Of a stretch of DNA of 64,000 nt, positions 30,348 to 39,597 are shown one piece after another. The DNA is from a virus, in IMG/VR virus record IMGVR_UViG_3300023174_000002, positions 35,209-99,208 of that record; one strand, written 5' to 3'. Position 1 is the stretch's first letter. The number at the start of each line of letters is the position of its first letter. Below the pieces are notes generated by a model, which was given only the letters and a program-made list of their open reading frames with translations, had not been told where the DNA came from and ran no database searches. The position numbers were made by a program, and so were the translations under genes.

Positions 30348-32339
30348 TCAATTAACAACCAAACGTGCAACACCAGGACCGTAATTGCTTGTGACTTGCA
30401 CAAAACCAGTACGTAGGCTAGCAACCATAACACGACGTTGTGTTTCAACTAGCTCTTGCGTATCAATACGCAAGCCACGCTGATTACCAACGATAAAGTT
30501 ACCAGGAGCTAGAACAACACCTGCTGTAGAGTTAAAAGTAGTACCAGCTGTAGTCGTAGTACCATCCAGCTCGCCAGAAACTAGAACTGGGCTATTACCG
30601 ATCTGGCCAATTTGACCAGTTAGCAATGTAGCTGATGGACCAACTTGGTTCATTGTCTGGAAGACTGGATCGTCTAGCAAGTTGTAGTAAGTTGCAGTAT
30701 TAACAACATAAACCACATCTGCAGGATCAAGACCCCAAACACCAAGCTGCTTACGCATAGCGCGTAGGGTAGCAACGTTAGCACCTGTAGTTAGGTTAGC
30801 GTTAGTTGTGTATGCGGTTGAGCTGCTTGGGAAAGCCAACAACGACAAACCACTAATTGGATCGCCTGTACCACCAGCACCACGTAGCAGAGCTTTGTCA
30901 ACTGCGCGAGCAACACGACGAATCATGCCATCACGAATTACAGGCATAATAGCAATAAGACTATCTTCCTCTTCTTCGTAAGCGGTGTACTCATTCGTAG
31001 CCACTTTGTACGAATTAAGAGCAATATCTTTAAGTGCATGAACGACTGTATTACCAGCACTAGCACCTGCGCTAGCTGCCGAGACGTTAGCAGGATATGC
31101 ACCAAAGCTGCTGTTGTCAATCCACTGAGCAGTACCTGCTTCTGGATTTACAGGAATACGCATAACGTTGGTTTGCATTTGAATGCTTCGGAATAGTGGT
31201 GCAACCACTAGACGGCGGCGAACCTCAGCTTCCATGTTCAGGCTAACTTCAAGTTCCCAAGTATTTCCGGGTAGGTGAGGACCTTGACCCGAACCAGCGT
31301 ACTTTTCAATCATTTCACGACCAAACTTGGTGTCCCCAATACCCTTGTTTGACATTTTGGCTAACATAACGGCTTTTTCTTTGTCGCTATAAGCCATTTC
31401 GTTTTTGCCATCCAAGAACTGCATACGCGATTTTTGAATAGCTTCTAGTTCTTGAGCTTTCTCTTTAAGAGCCGACTCTAGACCAGCAATAGCGCTTTTT
31501 TGGGCTTCTTGTTCAGCAGCAAAACGCTTCTCAACTTCGGCCAATAGACGCTCAGCACCGGTATCTACTGTTTGAACGCTAGCAATAGCGGCTTTAACTT
31601 TAGCGTCAAGTTCAGCAGTAGCTTTTTCAGCAGCAGCTTTTTCAGCCAAAGCTTTTTCTTGAGCATCAGTAAATTGTTTTGCTGCTAGTTGGGCAGCTTT
31701 TTCGGCAGCTTCAGCCACCAATTTTTCAATATCTTTAGGATCCATTTTCCATTCCTTTGTAGTGTCGCTATTTGCTTCCACAGGGGACTCTAGCCCTTTA
31801 GCTGATTCCAACTTGGGCGCAAATTGCAGTTTGAAAGATTTAAGTTCTTCGTCAGTATTAAACGACTTAGACAAACTAAATAATGTGTTTTGATTTGCAG
31901 GCACGGACACTACTGAAATCTCATGTAGTTCCAGATCTTTTACAACAAACAGCTCACTGGCTGCATTATATTCCGCATCAGCGATACGAAAACCTATACT
32001 AAAAGCAGTAAGTACACCATCTTTGATAAGATTAAAGACTTCACCTGCAGCTGCAGAAATTCGTGCTTTAATCCACAAACCCTTACTGTCAACTCTATGA
32101 TCTACCATCCTACCAACAGGCTCACTATGATCATGATAAGCCAAAATTACTGGATTTTTCAAGTAATTTTGTATACCTTTTGACCATACTGTAGCTGGTA
32201 CAATATCACCTTGACGATCAGTATCAACAGTACTTGCGTAACCCTCGATCATAATCGAATCAATGCTCATATCTTTGGTAGGTAGATTACTCTTAGTAAA
32301 AGTACTCGTTAGTGTAAGTACTTTATTTTTATCTACCAT
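30348..32339 (-). CDS. Fused prohead protease + HK97-fold major capsid protein
   Basis: N-terminal ~190 aa HK97-type protease (IEGYAST, ILAYHDH, FSIGF, LHEISVVSVPAN), then a coiled-coil scaffold and T5 pb8-like capsid domain. Confidence 0.92.
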   Translation of the reverse strand: MVDKNKVLTLTSTFTKSNLPTKDMSIDSIMIEGYASTVDTDRQGDIVPATVWSKGIQNYLKNPVILAYHDHSEPVGRMVDHRVDSKGLWIKARISAAAGEVFNLIKDGVLTAFSIGFRIADAEYNAASELFVVKDLELHEISVVSVPANQNTLFSLSKSFNTDEELKSFKLQFAPKLESAKGLESPVEANSDTTKEWKMDPKDIEKLVAEAAEKAAQLAAKQFTDAQEKALAEKAAAEKATAELDAKVKAAIASVQTVDTGAERLLAEVEKRFAAEQEAQKSAIAGLESALKEKAQELEAIQKSRMQFLDGKNEMAYSDKEKAVMLAKMSNKGIGDTKFGREMIEKYAGSGQGPHLPGNTWELEVSLNMEAEVRRRLVVAPLFRSIQMQTNVMRIPVNPEAGTAQWIDNSSFGAYPANVSAASAGASAGNTVVHALKDIALNSYKVATNEYTAYEEEEDSLIAIMPVIRDGMIRRVARAVDKALLRGAGGTGDPISGLSLLAFPSSSTAYTTNANLTTGANVATLRAMRKQLGVWGLDPADVVYVVNTATYYNLLDDPVFQTMNQVGPSATLLTGQIGQIGNSPVLVSGELDGTTTTAGTTFNSTAGVVLAPGNFIVGNQRGLRIDTQELVETQRRVMVASLRTGFVQVTSNYGPGVARLVVN

Positions 32340-32351
32340 ATGTTCTCCCTG

Positions 32352-33539
32352 TTACTCTTTAGGGTTTGTGGCGGGGCGACCGCCCTGTGCTGGATCTACA
32401 GCACTACCAGCAATGTTAGCAGGAATACGTAATTCATCCTGACCATCAATTTTCTGATACCGCAATTCTTCTCTAGCTTCATTTGGTGTAATAATGCCGC
32501 CATTAACTAACGATACATGATAACTAGCTATATCTTTTAATTCTGGCTGTAGTGCGCTTACACTTGCAGTAATTGCTTCAACGTCATAACCAAAGAATCG
32601 TTCCAGCGCACTGGTATACTTACGAATAATTGGCATTACAGTTTCTAAATAAAATAACCGTAAGTTTGGCGAAATATTAGCATTGTTTCCACCGTCTACT
32701 AGTAGTGGTGGAACGCCCACACATTGCATAATTAGTTCGTTGTGTGTTTTTATAGCTTGATCAAAATCCATGTCTTTGAAATTTTGATTGCTAATCTGAT
32801 GTGGCTTTAAGCCAGAATCTAAGATTAGTGGACGCTTACCACCGTTTTTAGTGCTGTAGCGTTGCAACCAGTATTGAATAGTTTTTTCTTTAGCTACTTG
32901 TGAAAGTGTATTTTCACTAGTAAGCACTAAACCAAATATTGCACCGTTATCAAAAAATTGTTCTTGAAACTGATGCATGCTTTGTAAAACATTAATACTA
33001 TTTTGTGCTGCTTCTAGTCTGCTGGCACCGCGGTAAATACTACGCGAACTTAAATCACGGAAATGAAATACTTCATTTTCTGGAAATACAATGTATCCGT
33101 TGTATCGGTAACCACTAATAAAAGTTTTTGTATCAGTTAAGATTTCTACATACTCTGCTGGCAAGTGATACATAAATGTACCATCAAAATGTATAAATAC
33201 ATTGCCTTCTAATAACAAGTCTGTAAAAATTGCTTGACGAAATTCTTGAGCGCTTTGATAGGGATTAGGTCTAAAATTAAGCAGTGTATTTAACTGCTTT
33301 TGCCTAACGCCGTTTACGGCACCCTCGTATAGTTTGTCTTTAATATCGTAGTCTAGGGAGCTACACGCGCTTACTACCATATTTACACTACGATTTACAC
33401 TCTGTAATTGCTGAAAGGCTTGTTTATACAACAACTTGCTAGTTGTATTAACGTGTGTACCTTCCTGCTGTGCAATTCTTGCCTGTGCAGGATTCAGTTT
33501 TTCACGAATCCACTGCACGCTATTTGTAATCAAACCCAT
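32352..33539 (-). CDS. Portal protein (HK97 family, T5 pb7-like)
   Basis: LLNFRPNPYQSAQEF, GVPPLL, GIITPNEAREEL motifs. Confidence 0.93.
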   Translation of the reverse strand: MGLITNSVQWIREKLNPAQARIAQQEGTHVNTTSKLLYKQAFQQLQSVNRSVNMVVSACSSLDYDIKDKLYEGAVNGVRQKQLNTLLNFRPNPYQSAQEFRQAIFTDLLLEGNVFIHFDGTFMYHLPAEYVEILTDTKTFISGYRYNGYIVFPENEVFHFRDLSSRSIYRGASRLEAAQNSINVLQSMHQFQEQFFDNGAIFGLVLTSENTLSQVAKEKTIQYWLQRYSTKNGGKRPLILDSGLKPHQISNQNFKDMDFDQAIKTHNELIMQCVGVPPLLVDGGNNANISPNLRLFYLETVMPIIRKYTSALERFFGYDVEAITASVSALQPELKDIASYHVSLVNGGIITPNEAREELRYQKIDGQDELRIPANIAGSAVDPAQGGRPATNPKE

Positions 33540-33547
33540 AGTTTTTC

Positions 33548-33976
33548 CTAACAAAATTCGCTAAAGAAACTTCCGTAGCTTTGCTTAGGAATCTCACCAA
33601 TACCCTGTAATTTATCACGTTGAATTTCAATCCAACGCTGCTGCTTGGGTTCGCTGCCAGGTTGAGGAGTTTTACCGTAAACACCATGAAGCGCTACATG
33701 ATGAGGATTACATAGGGTGTAAACCTGCTCATATAACTCTACGCGATGGCTATCGATAAACTCATCTCTAACAGCTAAAATTCCCTCATCAGTTGAAATA
33801 TCATAGCCCATTTTCTGTGACCAGCGTTCTAGTAGTAGTGTTACGCTGTGAAGATGATGCAATTCCAAGTCTTGATTTGTTTTACAGATATAGCAGTGAT
33901 CTTGCTTTTCGTAAGCTGACTTGGCCTTATCTCTAACGTGTTTAACGGGTATACGTTTATTTGTGTTTTTTGCCAT
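33548..33976 (-). CDS. HNH nicking endonuclease (T5-like, packaging-linked)
   Basis: CYIC....LELHH...TLCNPHH..LH motif next to the portal gene. Confidence 0.8.
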   Translation of the reverse strand: MAKNTNKRIPVKHVRDKAKSAYEKQDHCYICKTNQDLELHHLHSVTLLLERWSQKMGYDISTDEGILAVRDEFIDSHRVELYEQVYTLCNPHHVALHGVYGKTPQPGSEPKQQRWIEIQRDKLQGIGEIPKQSYGSFFSEFC

Positions 33977-34417
33977 TTACTTTAAACTTGCGCGCAACAT
34001 CCACGAATGTTTTTTATGTGCATCTTGACGATCTGCTAAAAAGTTTGACAACCCATGATCACCAAATTGTTCTGCAACCATAAATAATTGCTGAAACTTC
34101 ATTGCCATCATGTCTGAATCCAACAGCAATTCTTGTAGCAAACCTTTCCAGTCACCTGGAGCATTTTCATCCTGAATATAAGTTAGTTGAGAAAACTGTG
34201 TAAGACTAGCAGGCGTTACAATTTGTAGCGCACGTAATTCTTCTGCATAGATATCAATAGATTCTAACACTTCATTGTAGATACGCTCTAGCATTAAGTG
34301 CAGTTCGTAAAATAACTGACCTTCTACATTCCAGTGGAAATTAGCAGCTTTTAAGTAAAAGCTAAACTCACTGGCAAAAACGCGCTTAAGTTCTAGGTAG
34401 TATTCTGTTTTGTCCAT
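33977..34417 (-). CDS. dps: Dps/ferritin-like DNA-protection protein
   Basis: FHWNVEG..FYELH..LE..Y....D..AE, H.K..WML ferroxidase signature. Confidence 0.9.
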   Translation of the reverse strand: MDKTEYYLELKRVFASEFSFYLKAANFHWNVEGQLFYELHLMLERIYNEVLESIDIYAEELRALQIVTPASLTQFSQLTYIQDENAPGDWKGLLQELLLDSDMMAMKFQQLFMVAEQFGDHGLSNFLADRQDAHKKHSWMLRASLK

Positions 34418-34449
34418 GATTTTTATCAGTAATTTTTTATAATACAGGT

Positions 34450-34478
34450 ATTGTACACCTAAAGCACTAACAAGTCAA
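34450..34478 (-). promoter_or_regulatory. sigma70 promoter for dps/head genes
   Basis: Minus strand TTGACT-17bp-TACAAT. Confidence 0.65.
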
Positions 34479-34495
34479 CGTAAATTTTTTATGAC

Positions 34496-35785
34496 CTAGA
34501 TAGTGTAGGTATAGAGTGCATAGCGAAGTGCATCAGCCATGTGAGAGTATTCATCATGCACAGGACGTTCACGTTGCAGTCCTTCGCGACTATCCCAACG
34601 ATATTGATCCATTACATTGAGTACATTTGTACAGTGCGGAGCAATTTTTAATCGGTTAGTTTCTACTAAGGTTTGTACATAGGCAATACCAGGTAGTACG
34701 TCTTTTTTAGCTTTAGTGGTGGAGATATTATAAGTATAGGCAAGGTCACTAGCAAACTGTGCAGCTGCACTGTCAATAAATACTACCTCTACACCCCAGC
34801 GTTCATTTAGTTCACGAAAGTGTTCTGCGTGTTTGTCTGTGGTTTGTTCACTTTTTAAATATTCATCAACCACATGAAACTGGTCACTAACAGGATTATA
34901 ACTAATAACCACGAAAGCAGTAGCATCACGATAGCCGGGATCGCAGCCAGCAATATATTCGCATCCTTCTTGGTGAACATACTCACTAACTCCTACTTCA
35001 CGACTAAAATTATATACCTGACCCTCAAACACATTAAAGCTAGCCAAGTATTCTTGTTCAAACTCAGCTTTTGACATGGACTTGCGTGCTTCTGCTACAT
35101 CCGACTCCGACATGCGGGCGTTTTCAGTATAGTCTGCTTGGATACTACACCACTCAGGATAGTCATTGCTATATCCACGTTGATAAAACTTTGAAAACCA
35201 ATTTTGTTGACCGCGGGGTGTGGAGATGAAAATAGCCTTTGAATTAGGTCGGTCTAGTGTAGGACGCAATTGCACGTTAAATGCCGATTCACCGTCATCG
35301 CCTAGTGCAGCTTCGTCGAATAGAATAATTTGATAACTACGTCCAACTGTGCTGTCCACTGTGCTTAACGAACCCATCCTAATGGTTGAACCATTTGACA
35401 ACTCTACAACTTTGTCCTTTAGGTTATCACGCTCTACTTCTAGGTCAAAGTGCCTGATAAACTTACGCTGCAGTTCAAATGAAATCGAACTCAAGTTATA
35501 GTTAGGCGATATAATCAGCACATTGCAACCTGGAACTAGTGATACCAGCTGTGCAATAATATTAGCAATATAAGTTTTGCCTAAACGTCTAGCTAATGCG
35601 GCACAAACAAACCTGTACTTAGGATTGTTAATGGCATTAATAAGTGCAATCTGTGGACGATTCATGGTGTCCCAGGCACCTAACAACTTTAAGTAGTTTT
35701 CAATCGGCAGTTTAATAAATCTGGTTTCTACAGCAAACTCAGTAATTTCATCGCGGTCTACATCGTCTCGGCTAACTTTAAGCAC
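34496..35785 (-). CDS. terL: Terminase large subunit
   Basis: Walker A RRLGKT, Walker B ILFDEAA, ISTPRG coupling motif, RNase H D..D..HMADALRY. Confidence 0.96.
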   Translation of the reverse strand: MLKVSRDDVDRDEITEFAVETRFIKLPIENYLKLLGAWDTMNRPQIALINAINNPKYRFVCAALARRLGKTYIANIIAQLVSLVPGCNVLIISPNYNLSSISFELQRKFIRHFDLEVERDNLKDKVVELSNGSTIRMGSLSTVDSTVGRSYQIILFDEAALGDDGESAFNVQLRPTLDRPNSKAIFISTPRGQQNWFSKFYQRGYSNDYPEWCSIQADYTENARMSESDVAEARKSMSKAEFEQEYLASFNVFEGQVYNFSREVGVSEYVHQEGCEYIAGCDPGYRDATAFVVISYNPVSDQFHVVDEYLKSEQTTDKHAEHFRELNERWGVEVVFIDSAAAQFASDLAYTYNISTTKAKKDVLPGIAYVQTLVETNRLKIAPHCTNVLNVMDQYRWDSREGLQRERPVHDEYSHMADALRYALYTYTI

Positions 35786-36065
35786 TATTTTCCCCGTTTA
35801 TCTTTTTACCAGCTTCTATGCGCTCTAGTTCAATTAATTTACCACGTAGTTGTAGCACAGTATTTACTTTTTCGTTTAATCTGATCAAGTCGTTGTCTAG
35901 GACACGTACACGATCAATTAAGTTAATTAAAATATTAGTAGCTTTACTTATAGTAGGTTTTATGTCACTAACTACCCAGTTCCAGACATAGTAAATAAAA
36001 TAGCCCATACCTAAGGCAGCTAATACAGGAAACCCATAACGGTTTATAATTTCTACTGAATCCAT
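35778..36065 (-). CDS. Membrane protein, paralogue of adjacent gene (holin-like candidate)
   Basis: YGFPVLAALGMGYFIYYVW transmembrane helix plus coiled coil. Confidence 0.5.
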   Translation of the reverse strand: MDSVEIINRYGFPVLAALGMGYFIYYVWNWVVSDIKPTISKATNILINLIDRVRVLDNDLIRLNEKVNTVLQLRGKLIELERIEAGKKINGENSA

Positions 36066-36340
36066 TAGTCTTTCCTTAAATCTTTTAGCTCACTACGAGC
36101 CATTCTGGTAAAGTCTGGACTCAAACCTAGTGCATAGCTTACTCTAGTATCAATACGCTCTAGCTGAGCTGTCATGGTGTCTATTCTGGCGTCTAGGCTT
36201 TGTGTAATTTGTGCAAGATTGTGTACTCCGCTGGTTACTCCAGCCAAGATAAACTTTAGTGTTAAAAATACAAAATAACCTGCGCTAATGGCCGCAGCAA
36301 TTGGGAATCCTACTTCACCTATTAATTTTACTACGTCCAT
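36065..36340 (-). CDS. Membrane protein (holin-like candidate)
   Basis: VGFPIAAAISAGYFVFL transmembrane helix plus coiled coil; ATG 36340 with AAGGAG. Confidence 0.5.
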   Translation of the reverse strand: MDVVKLIGEVGFPIAAAISAGYFVFLTLKFILAGVTSGVHNLAQITQSLDARIDTMTAQLERIDTRVSYALGLSPDFTRMARSELKDLRKD

Positions 36341-36350
36341 TATAGACTCC

Positions 36351-36833
36351 TTATAGTTTATCGCCAAGGAGCTTTGAAATCAATGCTCCATACTTGGTTC
36401 CATCACCACCTTCGTTGATTTGCACATTTACTTGCGATTTAGGTCCAGCGCGTTCTGCACGCAGCTTTTCCAGCTGAATTTCACGGTCTAACAATTCCAT
36501 GGACATTTTATGTGATAGTGCTAAGAGTTCAGCAATGTCCTTATTCGACCCAACGTCCGCCTCTTCCATCTCACGAAACTTGCGCTTGAGTACGGCGTCC
36601 ATAGCAGCACGCATTTTAAAGCGATTGTTAAACCCTAGGTCAAAGAATACTTGGTTAATATAGGCTTTGACTTCACGGCGGCCTAAGATGTTACTAACAC
36701 TTTCTACTGGCATTGCTAGATTATCCGCCACAGCGCGTGCGTCTTGGCACTGCAAGTAGCAGTTAGCCACTTCCAGCGCTTCTGGTGATATGTTAAGTAC
36801 CTCGGCAGGTGCTGTGGTTGGGGTCAGGTTCAT
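36351..36833 (-). CDS. terS: Terminase small subunit (T5-like)
   Basis: ISPEALEVANCYL, SNKDIAELL, QVNVQIN...YGALISKL match the T5 small terminase family. Confidence 0.8.
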   Translation of the reverse strand: MNLTPTTAPAEVLNISPEALEVANCYLQCQDARAVADNLAMPVESVSNILGRREVKAYINQVFFDLGFNNRFKMRAAMDAVLKRKFREMEEADVGSNKDIAELLALSHKMSMELLDREIQLEKLRAERAGPKSQVNVQINEGGDGTKYGALISKLLGDKL

Positions 36834-37150
36834 TTCTTTAACTTTTCTTCTAGGATAACAATACGCTCACGATTAACGTGAATTAGTTCACGATTAGCTA
36901 AAATTTCACGCTCTAAGTCCTGACGCAGCTTTTCACAAGCCAGCTCAGCACCGGTATTAGTAGCCTGCTTATTATCGCTGGTAACTACTAGGCTAATCTT
37001 TGAATTCAACACCGTAACATCGTGTTGCAAGTTTTGCAGCGCAGTCATTAAGTAGACTACGCAGGTGAATAGTAGTGGTAACAAGGCAAAGGTAAGTTTT
37101 TCGATTAGCTGGCCTTTGGCGTGTGCTTCGTCTAGTTTTTCTTGCGACAT
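36830..37150 (-). CDS. Membrane-anchored coiled-coil protein
   Basis: One transmembrane helix then heptad repeats. Confidence 0.45.
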   Translation of the reverse strand: MSQEKLDEAHAKGQLIEKLTFALLPLLFTCVVYLMTALQNLQHDVTVLNSKISLVVTSDNKQATNTGAELACEKLRQDLEREILANRELIHVNRERIVILEEKLKK

Positions 37151-38148
37151 TATATTCTCCCTACTAAATTATACTCAAATATCTGCCAACACTTTTCCCA
37201 AGACCAGCGATAGCTATTTACTACCACCGTACGTCTGGGAATTGCCAGTGCTTGTACTACTGCCAGTTTCAAGTCAGCACTAACAGCACCAGTACGACCA
37301 CATTCAATTACGTCTTTGGGACCACAAACTGGATAACCAGCAACTGGTGTGCCACAGGCCATAGCCTCAATCATTACTATACCAAAAGTATCCCAACGGC
37401 TGGTAAAGACCAAGCAGTCTGCGGTACGGTAGTAATTAGCCAGTTCTTCGCCGGTTTTCATACCCACAAATTCCACCTCAGGGTATTTACTAGCCAAATA
37501 CTTTAATTGCGGCCCATTGCCTACCACAATCTTTTTGGCACCCAAATAGTCTAGTTTGCAAAAGTCTTCGCAGTTCTTTTCCGGCGCTACTCTACCAACC
37601 CATAACAGTGTAGGCATGCTTTGCTCACTGCCTAAACCACCGTAAAACTGCTGGCGGTCTACACCTCGGGTCCAGGGTACAATATCGCCCAAAAAGCCCT
37701 GCTGTTTAAGTTCACCGACCATACTAGCCGTAGTAGTTAACACCTTGCCCGAATGCTTGTGAAACCAACGCAAGTACCGGTAAGTCCAGCTGGTGGGAAT
37801 TTTATAGTATTTATTCAAGGCTTCTGGGATCTTGGTATGGTAGCTGGTGTTATACCGCCAGCCATGTTTGTCCATCCAGCAGCGTGCTGCTAAACCTAGT
37901 GGACCCTCAGTTGCAATATGCACATAATCAGGGTTTACCGCCGCCAGCTTTTCGCCAATGCCTTGAGGCCACGATAGCCTAATATCCCCATAACCAGGAG
38001 CACCACAATTAGGGAACTGCCGGGGATCACAATATACAAACTCATAGCCAGCGCGATCTGCTTGTAGTTCCAAGTTGTGAAACGTTGTAACCACTCCGTT
38101 AACTTGTTGGGGGACATTATCTGTGATTACTAAGATTGTTTTTGACAT
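37150..38148 (-). CDS. agt: GT4 glycosyltransferase, Agt-like (glycosyl-diacylglycerol synthase)
   Basis: PQQVNGVV, HIATEGPLGLAAR, TSYHT, WTRGVD, VGRVAPEKN, DTFGIVMIEAMACGTPV; next to a plcP-like gene as in bacteria. Confidence 0.75.
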   Translation of the reverse strand: MSKTILVITDNVPQQVNGVVTTFHNLELQADRAGYEFVYCDPRQFPNCGAPGYGDIRLSWPQGIGEKLAAVNPDYVHIATEGPLGLAARCWMDKHGWRYNTSYHTKIPEALNKYYKIPTSWTYRYLRWFHKHSGKVLTTTASMVGELKQQGFLGDIVPWTRGVDRQQFYGGLGSEQSMPTLLWVGRVAPEKNCEDFCKLDYLGAKKIVVGNGPQLKYLASKYPEVEFVGMKTGEELANYYRTADCLVFTSRWDTFGIVMIEAMACGTPVAGYPVCGPKDVIECGRTGAVSADLKLAVVQALAIPRRTVVVNSYRWSWEKCWQIFEYNLVGRI

Positions 38149-38303
38149 TGTGAAACTACCTTGAATTGTGGAAATTTAAGTTGATACTGTATGGTACGTT
38201 GTGCAGCCAAACATTCTTGTTCTGTGTAAAACTCTAAGGTTACACGGCCCGGTACATCCTTAGGGTCCTGTGTGTGCACTGCTAGGATTATTAACAACCA
38301 CAT
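38130..38303 (-). CDS. Small secreted/membrane protein
   Basis: MWLLIILAV signal-like start, F.TEQECLAA motif; overlaps both neighbours. Confidence 0.5.
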   Translation of the reverse strand: MWLLIILAVHTQDPKDVPGRVTLEFYTEQECLAAQRTIQYQLKFPQFKVVSQCQKQS

Positions 38304-39045
38304 CTTTAGGCCTCCACTCCACAATTTCCCAGTAACCATTTGTGTGTTCTACTAGTGCAGTACACGACTCTACCCAATCACCCGAATTCATATAACCTAC
38401 ACCATCTACCACTTTAATCTCAGCTTGATGAATATGGCCACAGATTACACCATCAAACTTGCGTTTTTCAGCATATTGGGTAATAGTTTGTTCAAATTTG
38501 AAAATAAAGTCTACTGCACGCTTTACTTTATGCTTTAACCACTGTGATAGCGACCAGTAACCAAAGCCTAGGCGATGTCGTAACTGGTTAAAGTTAGTAT
38601 TTAAGCCTAGGACAAAATCATAAGCACTGTCTCCCAACCAAGCTAACCAGGGAGCTAGTCTGGTAATGCCATCAAACATATCGCCGTGTGTGACTAACCA
38701 ACGACGATTGTGGTGGTCTACATAAGTGCACTGATTTACCACCTCTATACGACCAAATTGCAGTCCATAGGTAATTAGTGGCCTGAGAAACTCGTCGTGA
38801 TTGCCTGCCACGTAAACCACACGGGTCTTTTCACGATTAGCTTTTGCTAAAACATGGCGGATTACATTAGTATGTGAGTTTGCCCAACGCAGTTTATTCT
38901 GCTTGACCTTCCAACCATCAATAATATCGCCTACTAAGTACAGCTCGTCGCAGGTGTTGGATTTTAGGAATTGTGACAAGTACTCGGCTTTACTAGCTTT
39001 AGTACCCAAGTGCACGTCCGAGATAAAAATCGCCCTGTAGTGCAT
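38260..39045 (-). CDS. plcP: PlcP-like metallophosphoesterase (phospholipase C; LpxH2 family)
   Basis: SDVHLG, GDIIDGW, GNHD (His, not the Arg of LpxH), THGD.FD, YWSLS, CGHIH, GDWVESCTA; GGAGG RBS. Confidence 0.78.
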   Translation of the reverse strand: MHYRAIFISDVHLGTKASKAEYLSQFLKSNTCDELYLVGDIIDGWKVKQNKLRWANSHTNVIRHVLAKANREKTRVVYVAGNHDEFLRPLITYGLQFGRIEVVNQCTYVDHHNRRWLVTHGDMFDGITRLAPWLAWLGDSAYDFVLGLNTNFNQLRHRLGFGYWSLSQWLKHKVKRAVDFIFKFEQTITQYAEKRKFDGVICGHIHQAEIKVVDGVGYMNSGDWVESCTALVEHTNGYWEIVEWRPKDVVVNNPSSAHTGP

Positions 39046-39067
39046 ATATCCTCCAGTAATTTTCTAG

Positions 39068-39097
39068 ATTATATCACCTTAGGCACCTAAAAGTCAA
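39068..39097 (-). promoter_or_regulatory. sigma70 promoter for plcP-agt/late operon
   Basis: Minus strand TTGACT-18bp-TATAAT. Confidence 0.75.
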
Positions 39098-39177
39098 CAT
39101 AAATTTTTCAGCGCTGGTAAAAATATTCTTGAAATTTGTGGCTAATTGGTGTATAATAGTATTTTTTGGGGATATTT

Positions 39178-39327
39178 ATGTGGCGACTGTGGGCGAAAGC
39201 ATTAGGCGATAAGTATGGTTTAACGGATCGTGAGGCTGACGTAGTTTGCTGGATTAGAACTGCAATTGTGTTGTGCTATCTATTAACAAATTTGGTGATT
39301 GTGTTGGGCGTTGTACACCACTGGTAG
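39178..39327 (+). CDS. Small conserved phage membrane protein (49 aa)
   Basis: Not in the ORF track. MWRLWAKALG...EAD...IRT...HW family seen in aquatic phages; own promoter TTGAAA(39129)-17-TATAAT(39152). Confidence 0.7.
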   Translation: MWRLWAKALGDKYGLTDREADVVCWIRTAIVLCYLLTNLVIVLGVVHHW

Positions 39328-39568
39328 CTGGCACCGAAAGTTTTGGGTAAATTTTTTTAAAGTTGGCCGTGTGGTAGGGCCCTAATCGTTCTATTAAACA
39401 GCACGTCCGATAACCCCCCTGTCTTTTTTATAATGATTATATATTATATATGCATATAATATTATAGCACATAGAGCGACCCCGCGTCAAGTCCCTGGCA
39501 TATAATATTTTCTTATATACTGCGCGCTTCTTATACGAAAACAATCTAACACATTTGCGATTTTGGGC

Positions 39569-39597
39569 TTGCACTCTCGGCTGACTTCCCGTATAAT
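39569..39597 (+). promoter_or_regulatory. Pre-early promoter
   Basis: TTGCAC-17bp-TATAAT. Confidence 0.7.

Noticed and set aside
38260-39045. Annotation as LpxH (lipid A biosynthesis)
   Set aside because: GNHD rather than GNRD, and linkage to an Agt-like GT4, fit PlcP/LpxH2 better
39046-39130. Pho box upstream of plcP
   Set aside because: No convincing CTGTCAT-type 11-bp-spaced direct repeat; a standard -35/-10 promoter is present instead
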